Part shown: positions 49,388 through 59,271 of the stretch, in pieces
Position numbering within the stretch: the first letter of the stretch is position 1
Layout of the letters: every line of letters begins with the position of its first letter
NCBI GenBank assembly: GCA_963777605.1
Contig: CAVZRV010000011.1
Coordinates: 160,001-224,000 of the forward strand
Source of the DNA: an uncultured Acidobacteriota bacterium
Lineage (GTDB): Bacteria; Acidobacteriota; UBA6911; RPQK01; JAPXNP01
DNA: 64,000 nt
Reading direction: 5' to 3'
The notes under the pieces: model-generated
The model's database searches: none
Told to the model about the DNA's origin: nothing
Seen by the model: the letters and a program-made list of their open reading frames with translations, nothing else
Program-made: the position numbers and the translations under genes

Positions 49388-51342
49388 ATGATCGCAATAC
49401 CTTCGCGCCCATCGCGAGTTGCACTGGTCGGGCAACCCAACGTAGGGAAGTCGGTCGTCTTTTCTCACCTTACGTCTCGTTACGTGACGATTTCCAACTT
49501 TCCCGGAACCACAGTCGAGATATTTCGGGGCCGGGCGCGGTTCGAGGATCGGGAACTCGAGGTCCTGGACACGCCCGGAATCAACGGCACTCACGCTTCG
49601 TCCGAAGATGAACGGGTCACGGTGGCCGTCCTGGAAGAGGAGCGACCGGACGTTGTCGTGCAGGTTGCCGACGCCAAGAACCTTCGTCGAACGCTGCTGC
49701 TGACTGCCCAACTCAGCCGCTTCAAGATTCCCATGGTCCTCGTGCTGAACATGATGGACGAGTGCCACGAAAAGGGGATCCGGGTGGACTCCCACGCGCT
49801 TTCCAGAGTACTGGGAATCCCGGTCGTGGAAACGGTGGCGACATCGGAGAAGGGGTTGGCGGAGCTCCGAAAAAGCCTGTTGGAACCGGGCATCTGTGTG
49901 GAACCAAAGCTGAAGCCGACAACCGTGGGTGAACCAGGTTCTCGAACAGGTCCGGTTTTCTGAACCCCAGACCGGGGGACTCACGCTCAGCCGGACACGG
50001 GCATTCACCATCGCGGCACTGGCCGGGACAGCTGTCCATCTTTGGAATTACGTGGGCGCAGCTTTTGGACTCCCGACCCTGGCGGGCGCGATTGACACGG
50101 CCGGCTCCCTGCTTGGCCTGGGAGAGCTGTCGATCGCAACACTGTCGGTGTTGCTCGCATACCTGGCACCTGTCCTGGTACCGGTCCTTACCGCAATTAG
50201 AACTGATGCCGCTCTTCAATGAGCGGTTTGGAGTGTGGGCCCGAAAATTCGGAGCGGGTTCGCTGATCCTGGTCACCACGGTCTCCCTGACCTACCAGCT
50301 CGTCGGCAATCTGGGCGCCCAGGTGCTGGTCGCCATCCTCGAGAACGGCCTTTTTGGAACCTACATCACACCCGCTTTGCAGGGGGTGATTCCGGCAGGA
50401 TTCTTCCACGATCTTCTCGTCGGAGAATTCGGCATCATCTCGATGGGGCTGGCTTACGGCCTCGCCATCGTACTTCCGGTCGTTTCGACTTTCTTCATTG
50501 CCTTTAGCTTTCTCGAGGACAGCGGCTATCTGCCGCGCCTGTCCATTCTCTCGGACCGCCTGCTGCGGGCCATGGGCCTGCACGGCAAAGCGTTCCTCCC
50601 CATGGTGCTGGGCCTGGGTTGTGTCACCATGGCCACGATGACGACGCGAATCCTGAGCTCCAAGAAGGAGCGCTTTATCGCCACCATGCTGTTGGCTCTG
50701 GGAGTCCCCTGCTCCGCTCAGCTCGGTGTCATCCTCGGTATCGCTGCCGGGCTTTCATTTGGCGCAACCGCACTGATCTTCTCCACGGTTTTCCTTCAGC
50801 TCGTCATCGTTGGCTTCATCCTCTCGAAGATCTACCCGGGGCAACGGAGCAGCTTCATCCTCGAACTGCCTCCGATTCGGTTTCCGGTCTGGCGGAACAT
50901 CCTGCGCAAGACAGGAATTCGCGTGGCCTGGTTCGTCCGGGAAGCGGTTCCGCTTTTCGTACTGGGGACGTTTTTTCTTTTTGTCCTCGACAAGTTTGAA
51001 TTACTCGATCGGATCATAGGATTCGCAAAACCGGTCGTATCCGGCCTTCTGGGCTTGCCCCAACAGACCGCATCCGTGTTTCTTATGGGCTTTCTGAGAA
51101 GGGATTACGGGGCGGCAGGGCTGTTCGAGATGGCCAGGGACGGCGCCCTCGACACGACTCAGATCGTCGTGGGCCTGGTGGTTCTGACTCTCTTCGTTCC
51201 TTGTGTGGCCAACTCCTTCGTCATGATCAAGGAACAGGGACTGCGCAATGCCCTCCTTATGGTAGGATTCATCCTGTCTTACGCAGTGGCTGTGGGAACG
51301 GTGCTGAACTGGCTGATGCACGCGCTACCTGCGGTAGTTTGA
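49388..51342 (+). CDS. feoB: ferrous iron transporter FeoB (two +1 frame breaks near 49920 and 50208)
   Basis: G1 GQPNVGKS, G2 NFPGTTVE, G3 DTPG, G4 NMMD; membrane part LEDSGYLPR, GLHGKAFLPMVLGLGC, PCSAQ, FILELPP, LFVPC. Confidence 0.88.
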
Positions 51343-51366
51343 ATCCCGTGCGAGTTCGAGGGTAGT

Positions 51367-51645
51367 TTGCATAACGCTCCGGTTCCGCTTACCGAACTGA
51401 CTACATTCGAAGAGGGTCTGATTGTCGAAGTCAATGGTCCCGAAGCGGATCAACTCGCCGGTTACGGCCTATACCCCGGCATGACGGTACGGGTCCATCA
51501 AACGTTTCCAAGCTTTGTGATAAAGGCCGAGGAAACCGAAGTAGCTCTTGAGACACAGGTCGCACGCCTCATTCGTGTGATTCGAACCAATGCACCGGGG
51601 CAGGAGCACCTTACTGCCGGCAGCGGCAAGAATACTTCTGGCTAA
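51367..51645 (+). CDS. feoA: ferrous iron transport protein FeoA
   Basis: LTEL...IVEV...LAGYGLYPGMTVRV...VAL...ARLIRV; follows feoB. Confidence 0.82.
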   Translation: MHNAPVPLTELTTFEEGLIVEVNGPEADQLAGYGLYPGMTVRVHQTFPSFVIKAEETEVALETQVARLIRVIRTNAPGQEHLTAGSGKNTSG

Positions 51646-51809
51646 CCTGAAACTTCAATCTTGGATGAACTGGAAATCCTGGATGATTTGGACGCGTCTG
51701 GACGGAGATTCGGGCGATCGGTGGAGAGCAAGGACGCGATTATCGGCTGGATCCTGGTTCCTGGTCAGGTGCCAGCCGTGGATGAGTGATGAGCAAAGGA
51801 TCGGCGCCG

Positions 51810-52006
51810 GGCTGGCCCCTGAAGGGGGCCTGTTTCCAGCCCAGGCATTTGCCTGGGTTCACGGCCCACCCATCAAGAATCCAGCCCTGAATGGGCTGAA
51901 CACCTCTTCGGACGAAGTGAATCCGGGGCGCGACCTTACAGGCCGCAATCGAACTGCAGGAATACAGTCCCAGGGCAAGCCCGGCTGAAACCAAGGCGCC
52001 CGGGCA
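51810..52006. repeat. decayed REP/REPIN-like palindrome cluster
   Basis: GGCCCCTGAAGGGGGCC, AGCCCAGGCATTTGCCTGGGTT, CAGCCCTGAATGGGCTG, GCGACCTTACAGGCCGC, CCCAGGGCAAGCCCGGCTGAAAC; the outer arms are imperfect reverse complements. Confidence 0.6.
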
Positions 52007-52121
52007 GTTTCACTTACTGAATGATTCGCGCCAGCCGCGGAGGCGGAGCCAGCCGGAAACTCGGCGTGGATGAATTGGGCGTTGGAGATCAGTTCCGTCG
52101 CGAAGTCAGAGTAGATCGATC

Positions 52122-53411
52122 GTGGAATCAGACAGTCAGTTTCCCAGGAAAATCTTCATCTTTGTGGTCGGCACGGTCTGTTTAGGCCTTGGGCTCAGTG
52201 CCCTCCTTACCTACTCTACTCTGGGGAGCCTGAAACAGGAATTCCTGGAAAATCGAGGACGGGACATCGTCTCGCTGGTCGAACGCCAGGTGCGGGGCCC
52301 GGGACGTCGATTCAACCGCGACGTCTGGCAACAGACCCTTGACGAAACACTCCAGTCCGACCAGGCTTCCATCGTGTTCCTCGTCTTGAAGGATTCCCAG
52401 GGGCGCATCGTCGCCTCCGCAGGAGAGGCACCCGGTGATTCCGAAGCATCCGGCGCGATCGTCGTGTTCAGCGGCACGTTGACGACCCCGAGAGGCCCCC
52501 GCTGGGAATCCGATCAGGGCGGTCCAGGCCAGGGACAGCGCCAAGCCCAGGGGCAGAGCCAGGGGACAGCCCAGGGGGCCCCGGCCCAGCTTGATGTCGG
52601 TCTCCGGCCCGGCGGCACCGAATTCATCACCCGGCAAGCCTATGTTCAGTTGGCGGTAGCTGGTGCGGCGATTCTGGTGCTGGCGGGGCTTGCATCCTAC
52701 TTGTTGAGAACAGTCGATCGCTACCTCGCACTTCGAACGGTTGAAGCTTCGCAGAGGCAACTGGCTCAGCTTGGCCAGATGGCCGCCACGCTCGCTCACG
52801 AAATCCGCAATCCTTTGGGGGCGATGAAAGGGCTGACTCAGCTTGTTCAGGAGGGACTCGATGATCAGGATCAGAATCGTGAACTGACCCAGACGGTCGT
52901 TTCCGAAGCGGAGCGCCTCGAGACACTGGTCAACGACCTGCTCACCTTTGCCAGGCCCAGGCCCCTCGAATCCACGATCGTTGACCTGAGCGCCATGGTC
53001 TCCGACGTCTGCCGATTCCTCTCCGTTCGGGCCCGGGAATCCGACGTCAGTCTGAAGCAGGAAAACCGCGGCACGCGATTCAACGTTTCGGCGGACTCGG
53101 ACGGGATCCGCCAGGTGCTCCTCAACGTGATCGACAACGCAATCGCCGCGGCGCCGTCCGGAACGCCGGTCGAAGTGGTGCTTTCCGACCACCCGGGAGA
53201 GGTGCGGCTGGAAGTTCTCGATCAGGGACCCGGACTCGGATCGATCACCCCCGAAGAGCTTTTCCAGCCTTTTAGAACCACAAAGACCAAGGGAAGCGGT
53301 CTCGGGCTGGCGATATCCCGCCAGATAGTCGAGGCCATCGGGGGGAAGATTGTTCTGGCTAACCGGCCTGATGGCGGAGCAGTGTGCAGGGTGTCCCTGC
53401 CTAGAATCTGA
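52122..53411 (+). CDS. membrane sensor histidine kinase (ZraS/NtrB-like)
   Basis: Two TM helices, LAHEIRNPL, QVLLNVIDNA, DQGPG, FQPFRTTKTKGSGLGL. Confidence 0.93.
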   Translation: MESDSQFPRKIFIFVVGTVCLGLGLSALLTYSTLGSLKQEFLENRGRDIVSLVERQVRGPGRRFNRDVWQQTLDETLQSDQASIVFLVLKDSQGRIVASAGEAPGDSEASGAIVVFSGTLTTPRGPRWESDQGGPGQGQRQAQGQSQGTAQGAPAQLDVGLRPGGTEFITRQAYVQLAVAGAAILVLAGLASYLLRTVDRYLALRTVEASQRQLAQLGQMAATLAHEIRNPLGAMKGLTQLVQEGLDDQDQNRELTQTVVSEAERLETLVNDLLTFARPRPLESTIVDLSAMVSDVCRFLSVRARESDVSLKQENRGTRFNVSADSDGIRQVLLNVIDNAIAAAPSGTPVEVVLSDHPGEVRLEVLDQGPGLGSITPEELFQPFRTTKTKGSGLGLAISRQIVEAIGGKIVLANRPDGGAVCRVSLPRI

Positions 53412-53574
53412 CCTTCGCTCATCCCAACAACCCGGGCCTTATCTTCGTCGGGCCTCCCTCCCATTCCCGATCTTCCCACACGTGACCGGTTATTCCGCTT
53501 CCTTTCCATATCTTCTTTTCCCAAACCCGTGATCGCCCCTGCCAACCCCGGCCGTCGGGGTTAGAATAAGTCCA

Positions 53575-54918
53575 ATGGGTACTTCAAGATCACGAATTCT
53601 GGTCGTGGATGACGAACCGGCACAAAGACAATTCCTTCGAAAGTCGCTGGACAAGGTTTTTGATGTTGTCGCTGCGGCATCGGGCAAAGAGGCCGTTCAA
53701 CTGCTCGAGAAACAGAGCTTCAACCTGGTAATCACGGACCAGCGCATGCCGGGCATGGACGGGCTCGAATTGCTCGACTGGATCAGGGAAAACGCACCCG
53801 AAATCCCGGTCATCTTGTTGACCGCCTATGGAACCATCACGAGTGCCGTTGACGCAGTCAAGAGGGGAGCCGAGGACTACTTGACGAAACCGGTCGAGAG
53901 CCCGGAAGAACTTCGGATTGCCGTCTCTCGGGTCCTTGAGAGGAAGGCTCTCTCGGCAAGAGAGCAGGTTTACCGGGAAGAAAAGGAAGCCGAGTTCCCG
54001 GCTGATATCATCGCCGAGAGCGATCAGATGAAAACGGTGCTCGGACTGGCGCAACAGGTCGCGCCCGAACCAACCACGGTGCTGCTGACCGGGGAATCCG
54101 GGACCGGAAAGGAAGTCGTCGCCCGGTTCCTTCACCGGCGCAGTCCACGCTCGCCTGGCCCGTTCGTTGCCGTCAACTGCGCCGCCCTGACCGAAACTCT
54201 TCTTGAGTCCGAGCTTTTCGGCCACGAGAAAGGCGCATTCACAGGGGCCACCCAGTCCCGCCAGGGCCGGTTCGAACTGGCTGACGGCGGCACGCTTTTC
54301 CTTGACGAGATTGGTGAGATGGGGCGCAGCCTCCAGTCCAAGCTGCTCCGAGTTCTGCAGGAACGCTCGTTCGAAAGGGTGGGGGGTACCCGGACGCTTA
54401 CTGTCGATGTCCGGGTGGTCGCGGCGACCAACCGGGATCTTCAGGCCGCCATGGAAGATAACGAATTCCGTGACGACCTCTACTACCGCCTCAACGTCTT
54501 CCCGATTGAGATCCCTCCTCTCCGGGAGCGCCCCAGGGATATCTTGCCTCTGGCCAGATTCTTCCTGGCCCGGGTTTCCAGGCGAATGGCGAAACCACTC
54601 GCGGGCATCACCCGGGAGGCTGAGCAACTTCTGCTGAGCTACCCATGGCCCGGTAACATCCGCGAGCTTCAAAACGTCATTGAGCGGGCGGTCATTGTCT
54701 CCCGAAGCGAGGACATCGTACCGGCCGATCTTCCACTCAAGTCGCCCAAAGGTGAAGGTCCGGTACCGACAGGAACTCTCGCCGACCTGGAGAAGGCCGC
54801 CATCCTGCGTGCCCTCGAGCGGAATCACGGAGACCGCCAGGAGACCGCCCGCGATCTGGGGATCAGCCTCAGGACTCTGCAGTACCGGCTCAAGGACTAC
54901 GGACTGACCGGCAAGTAA
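53575..54918 (+). CDS. sigma54-dependent response regulator (ZraR/AtoC/NtrC family)
   Basis: [33 protein letters not shown], Fis HTH. Confidence 0.95.
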   Translation: MGTSRSRILVVDDEPAQRQFLRKSLDKVFDVVAAASGKEAVQLLEKQSFNLVITDQRMPGMDGLELLDWIRENAPEIPVILLTAYGTITSAVDAVKRGAEDYLTKPVESPEELRIAVSRVLERKALSAREQVYREEKEAEFPADIIAESDQMKTVLGLAQQVAPEPTTVLLTGESGTGKEVVARFLHRRSPRSPGPFVAVNCAALTETLLESELFGHEKGAFTGATQSRQGRFELADGGTLFLDEIGEMGRSLQSKLLRVLQERSFERVGGTRTLTVDVRVVAATNRDLQAAMEDNEFRDDLYYRLNVFPIEIPPLRERPRDILPLARFFLARVSRRMAKPLAGITREAEQLLLSYPWPGNIRELQNVIERAVIVSRSEDIVPADLPLKSPKGEGPVPTGTLADLEKAAILRALERNHGDRQETARDLGISLRTLQYRLKDYGLTGK

Positions 54919-54952
54919 ACGCTGTTATCTTTCACCTTGAGAGGCTTCAGCC

Positions 54953-57900
54953 TCACAATTCCGGTTCGCCTCTCTTCTCACAACAGATCGAGAAGAGGCT
55001 GGGAAGAACAATCAGGGTGAGGATCGTTGCCGTCACAAGGCCCCCAATGACAACGGTCGCCAGCGGCCGCTGGATCTCAGCTCCAGCAGAGGTTGCGATC
55101 GCCATCGGGACAAACCCGAGGCTGGCTACGAGAGCGGTCATCAGTACCGGCCGGAGACGAACCGAGGCCCCACGAATAATCGAACCGCGTACCGACTCTC
55201 CCGATTCGATCAAGCTGTTGAACTGGGAGACCATGACGACGCCGTTCAAGACGGCGACACCGAAAACCGCTATAAAACCGACCGACGCGGAAAGATTCAG
55301 ATTGATATCGCGCAGCCAAAGAGCAGCGATACCTCCGACCGCGGCAAAGGGAACGTTCATAAGAATCAGCAATGCCTGTTTGACAGAATCGAAGGATGCA
55401 AAAAGGAGTGCAAAAATGATCAGAATGACCAATGGAACGACCAATATCAGTCGATTCATTGCACGCTGCTGATTCTCGAATTGCCCTCCCCAGCGGAAGT
55501 AGTATCCCGGCGGCAACTTAACGTTCCCGTCGATCAGTTCCTGTGCCTCGGCGACGAAGCTGCCCAGGTCACGTCCCCGGACATTGGATTGCACAACGAG
55601 GCGCCGCTGACTGTTCTCGCGGTTGATGATCTCGGGAGCGCTTCTCTGCAGAATATCGGCGACCTGGCGCAATTCCACGATTTCGCCACCCGGAGCCCGA
55701 AGCCGGAGCCGGAGCAACGATTCACGGTCCTGCCGGACCTGGGCTGGGAGTCGAAGAACGATGTCAAAACGGCGCTGTCCCTGAACCATTTCGGTCACCC
55801 GTTGTCCCTCGATCGCGGTTTCAACCAGGTCCCGGATATCCGAAACGTTGAGACCGTAGCGGGCAAGCGCCCCCCGCTGGGGAATTACCTGCCACTCGGC
55901 CGCACCTGAGAAGACTTCCGACTGGACGTCGGCCGCCCCCGGAACCGTCACGAGGAGCCGGAGAACTTCATTGGCTTTCTGAGCCAGGACCGTTTCATCG
56001 TCGCCGAAAATCTTGACTGCCACGTCGGCCTTGACCCCTGAGACCACCTCGTCCAGCCGCATCGCCATCGGCTGAGTGAAGTTGTAGGTAACACCCGGGA
56101 ACTTTCTCAACTCCCGATCAAAGGCTCCGATCAGCCCTTCCTTGGTCTGGGCGGTGACCCATTCCTCCTTCGGTTTGAGGTTGACGTAGACGTCTCCCTG
56201 GTAGATTCCCATTGCCTCGGTTGCCAGGTCAGGGCGTCCCAACTTGGTAACCACGCTCTCTACCTCAGGGAACTGCTGGATAATCTTCTCGATTTCGGTG
56301 CTGATCTGGACCGACTCCGTCAAGGAAACACTCGGGAGTTTTCGTGTCTCGATCAGGATCGACCCTTCATCCAGCCGCGGCATAAACTCGGTTCCGATGT
56401 AGAACAGGGATCCCACAGCCACGGTCACGATTACGACCGCCACTCCCACGACCATCATCCGGTGGTCCAGGAAAACCGGCAGCAGCGCCTCGTAACCTCT
56501 TCTCAGCTTGCCGAATATCCGTTCCCGATGAACCGGCAGGGGTTTTCGAAAGAACAGTGCCGAAGCCGCGGGCACCACCGTGAGAGCCAGGATAAGCGAA
56601 CCGAGGATGGCCGAGCAGACAGTTACGGCCATCGGGCGAAACATTCTTCCCTCAAGGCCCTCGAGAGTGAAAATCGGGAGATAGACCGCGATAATGATGG
56701 CGATTCCGAACACGATCGGACGGGCGACTTCGTGCGCGGCACTTCGGATTTCGCCGAAAGACGAAAATCCCTTCTCTTCAGCGCCGGAGTGAAGCCTGCG
56801 AATGAAATTTTCCATCATCACGACCGACCCATCCACGATGAGACCGAAATCGATCGCTCCCAAGCTCATCAGGTTGGCTGAAATCCCAAACAGCCACATG
56901 CCTATGAAGCCCACCAACATGGAGAGAGGAATCACGGCGGCTACAATCAACGCTGCCCGGATATTTCCGAGGAACAGAAAGAGGACGGCAATGACGAGGA
57001 CGCCGCCTTCGAGAAGGTTGTGCTCAACCGTACTGATGGTCCGATCGATTACTTCCGCCTGGTCATAGAACGGCCTGATCTTCACACCTGGTGGAAGCGA
57101 CGCCTGGATCTCTTTGAGTCGCTCCTTGACGGCTTCATTCACCAACTTCCCATTGGCTCCCTTCAGCATGATGATCATGCCCGAGACACTCTCGCCGTTA
57201 CCGTCCCGGGTCACCGCTCCCTGGCGCGGCATGGGCCCGATCATCACCTGCGCGATGTCCTTGAGATAGATGGGAGTGCCCTGGTGGCTGGCCACCACAA
57301 TCCGCTCCAGGTCGGGAATTCCGGAAGTCCGTCCGATGCCGCGAACCGTGTACTGCTCGTTGGCGTGTTCGATGAACCCGCCGCCGAAATTATCGTTGTT
57401 ATCCCGAATCCGGTCATAGACGTCCCGAATGGAGAGATCGAGACTTCGCAACTTGTTCGGATCGACAACAACGTGATATTGGCGCGTGAAACCTCCCCAA
57501 CTGTTGATTTCGCTGACACCACGGACACCGCGCAACTGGTACTTGATCTGCCATTCGTGCAGCGTTTTGAGTTCCATCGGCGAGTACCCGCCACCCTCAA
57601 TGGTGTACTGGTAAATCTCGCCAAACGCGGTGGCCACTGGACCTAGTGAGGGGTCCAGCCCGTCGGGAATTCGGGACCTCGCTTCCGCCAACCGCTCGTT
57701 GACCAGTTGTCGGGCAAAGTAGACATCCACCGAATCATCGAAAACCACCGTCACAATCGACAGTCCCAGTTTCGAAATCGAGCGGATTTCCTCGGTACCA
57801 GGAACTCCCATCAAGGCCGATTCCACCGGAAATGTGACCAGTTGCTCAACTTCGACGGGAGCCATCCCTGGAGCCTCCGTGATCACAACAACCTGGTTGT

Positions 57901-58033
57901 TGGTCAGATCGGGGAAGGCATCGATCGGAATATTGCTCAGGGCATAGATACCGAGGCCGATCAGTCCAAGCAGGCCAACCAGCACGAAAAAGCGATGATG
58001 AAGGTGGAAATCGACGAAGCCTTTGAGGGTCAT
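54953..58033 (-). CDS. czcA: heavy-metal RND permease, CzcA type
   Basis: IDAFPDLTNNQV, GEIYQY, ANLMSLGAIDFGLIVDGSVVMMEN, RLRPVLMTA, GAEIQRPLATVVIGG. Confidence 0.92.
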   Translation of the reverse strand: MTLKGFVDFHLHHRFFVLVGLLGLIGLGIYALSNIPIDAFPDLTNNQVVVITEAPGMAPVEVEQLVTFPVESALMGVPGTEEIRSISKLGLSIVTVVFDDSVDVYFARQLVNERLAEARSRIPDGLDPSLGPVATAFGEIYQYTIEGGGYSPMELKTLHEWQIKYQLRGVRGVSEINSWGGFTRQYHVVVDPNKLRSLDLSIRDVYDRIRDNNDNFGGGFIEHANEQYTVRGIGRTSGIPDLERIVVASHQGTPIYLKDIAQVMIGPMPRQGAVTRDGNGESVSGMIIMLKGANGKLVNEAVKERLKEIQASLPPGVKIRPFYDQAEVIDRTISTVEHNLLEGGVLVIAVLFLFLGNIRAALIVAAVIPLSMLVGFIGMWLFGISANLMSLGAIDFGLIVDGSVVMMENFIRRLHSGAEEKGFSSFGEIRSAAHEVARPIVFGIAIIIAVYLPIFTLEGLEGRMFRPMAVTVCSAILGSLILALTVVPAASALFFRKPLPVHRERIFGKLRRGYEALLPVFLDHRMMVVGVAVVIVTVAVGSLFYIGTEFMPRLDEGSILIETRKLPSVSLTESVQISTEIEKIIQQFPEVESVVTKLGRPDLATEAMGIYQGDVYVNLKPKEEWVTAQTKEGLIGAFDRELRKFPGVTYNFTQPMAMRLDEVVSGVKADVAVKIFGDDETVLAQKANEVLRLLVTVPGAADVQSEVFSGAAEWQVIPQRGALARYGLNVSDIRDLVETAIEGQRVTEMVQGQRRFDIVLRLPAQVRQDRESLLRLRLRAPGGEIVELRQVADILQRSAPEIINRENSQRRLVVQSNVRGRDLGSFVAEAQELIDGNVKLPPGYYFRWGGQFENQQRAMNRLILVVPLVILIIFALLFASFDSVKQALLILMNVPFAAVGGIAALWLRDINLNLSASVGFIAVFGVAVLNGVVMVSQFNSLIESGESVRGSIIRGASVRLRPVLMTALVASLGFVPMAIATSAGAEIQRPLATVVIGGLVTATILTLIVLPSLFSICCEKRGEPEL

Positions 58034-59271
58034 TCTTCTTGCATCCGGCTTTTCAGCATCTCCGACTTAAGGAGAAAGCTCCCTTGGGTGACGACTTTCT
58101 CGCCCGGCTGCAGGCCATTCAGAATTGACACCTGTTCATTCCAGGAACGCCCGATATCGACGTTTCTCGCCTCAAATCGGGTATCGGCGCCCTGAACGAA
58201 CACCACCGACTGACCGTCGATGTCCTGGATCGCACCCTGCGGCACGGTGACTGTTTCATCTCCAGCGCCCAGCTCGAACTGCACGGTTGCGTACATCTCC
58301 GATCGGAGCTTGCCACCGGGATTGTTGGTCTCACAGCGGACCTGGACCGTTCTCGTCGCGGGATTCAGGACGTCGCCGATATGCGCCAGTCGGGCCGGAA
58401 ACCCAATGTCCGGATAAGCTTCCACATGGACGATTGCCGACTGCCCGTTCTTGAGCGAGTTGAGGTAGGACTCAGGCACCTCCGCGTGGATCCAGAGTGT
58501 GGACAGGTCGGTGACAATGAACAGATCGTCCGACGTACTGACGACCGTACCGGGAGTCACCATCCGCTCAAGAACCGTCCCCGTGATCGGCGAGTTAACA
58601 GGAATGCGCTCCAGCTCCTCATAGTGCTCGGTCCGGACGGCCCCTATTCTGGTGTACTCGTCCATTGCCCCTTCCACCGAAAGGCCGATGTGTTCGAGCA
58701 GTTCTTCGAGCCGGCCGATCTCGGCCTTACTGACCAGAATGTCCATTTCTGCCCGGTGGACGTCCGTTTCGGCGCGCTGAAGCTCTTCGAGAGAGCCTGC
58801 CTTAAGATCGTAGAGTCGCTCCGCCCGGTCCCGAACTTTCGTCGCAAACTCGAGCTGGGATTCGTCACGTTCCAGCTCGGCTTTGGCCTTGGCATATTCC
58901 GCCCGCGCGTCGTCCACCTCGTGACTCTGGATTTCCGCCAGGCGTTGCCCCTCCTTCACCCGATCTCCGACGTTGGCGGAGACTCCCGCGATACGGCCAT
59001 TCACAAGTGAGCCCACCCGTGCAACACGGTTTTCATTGAGACCCACGCGCCCGGCCACTTCCAGCACCCGCGGCAACGCGGCTTTCCGGGCTTCAGCGAC
59101 TTCGATTCCCGCGAGCTTGAATGCATCAGGATCGAGTTCGATCCTCCCTTCTGCACCGGCACCGGGTGGAGGCGCAGCCACCTCGGGAGAACTGACCTCA
59201 GAGGTGCAGGAAACCACGCCAAGCGGGAGAAACAGAAACGTGAGCAGCGCTAATCGCCTAATTTCCAGCAC
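58030..59271 (-). CDS. czcB: heavy-metal RND adaptor, CzcB type (lipoprotein)
   Basis: GTG start with GGAG SD, lipobox VVSC, SPITGTV, DLSTLW, TRTVQVR, GLQPGEKVV. Confidence 0.88.
   Translation of the reverse strand: MLEIRRLALLTFLFLPLGVVSCTSEVSSPEVAAPPPGAGAEGRIELDPDAFKLAGIEVAEARKAALPRVLEVAGRVGLNENRVARVGSLVNGRIAGVSANVGDRVKEGQRLAEIQSHEVDDARAEYAKAKAELERDESQLEFATKVRDRAERLYDLKAGSLEELQRAETDVHRAEMDILVSKAEIGRLEELLEHIGLSVEGAMDEYTRIGAVRTEHYEELERIPVNSPITGTVLERMVTPGTVVSTSDDLFIVTDLSTLWIHAEVPESYLNSLKNGQSAIVHVEAYPDIGFPARLAHIGDVLNPATRTVQVRCETNNPGGKLRSEMYATVQFELGAGDETVTVPQGAIQDIDGQSVVFVQGADTRFEARNVDIGRSWNEQVSILNGLQPGEKVVTQGSFLLKSEMLKSRMQEE

Noticed and set aside
49324-49611. 95-aa ORF just after the Fur box as a separate leader gene
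   Set aside because: It overlaps the FeoB G domain out of frame. Its first ~20 codons could be the true FeoB N-terminus behind yet another +1 break, but this cannot be decided from the sequence.
51590-51994. ORFs 51590-51988 (+) and 51740-51994 (-) as genes
   Set aside because: They have no recognisable motifs, and the region is better explained by the palindromic repeat cluster.
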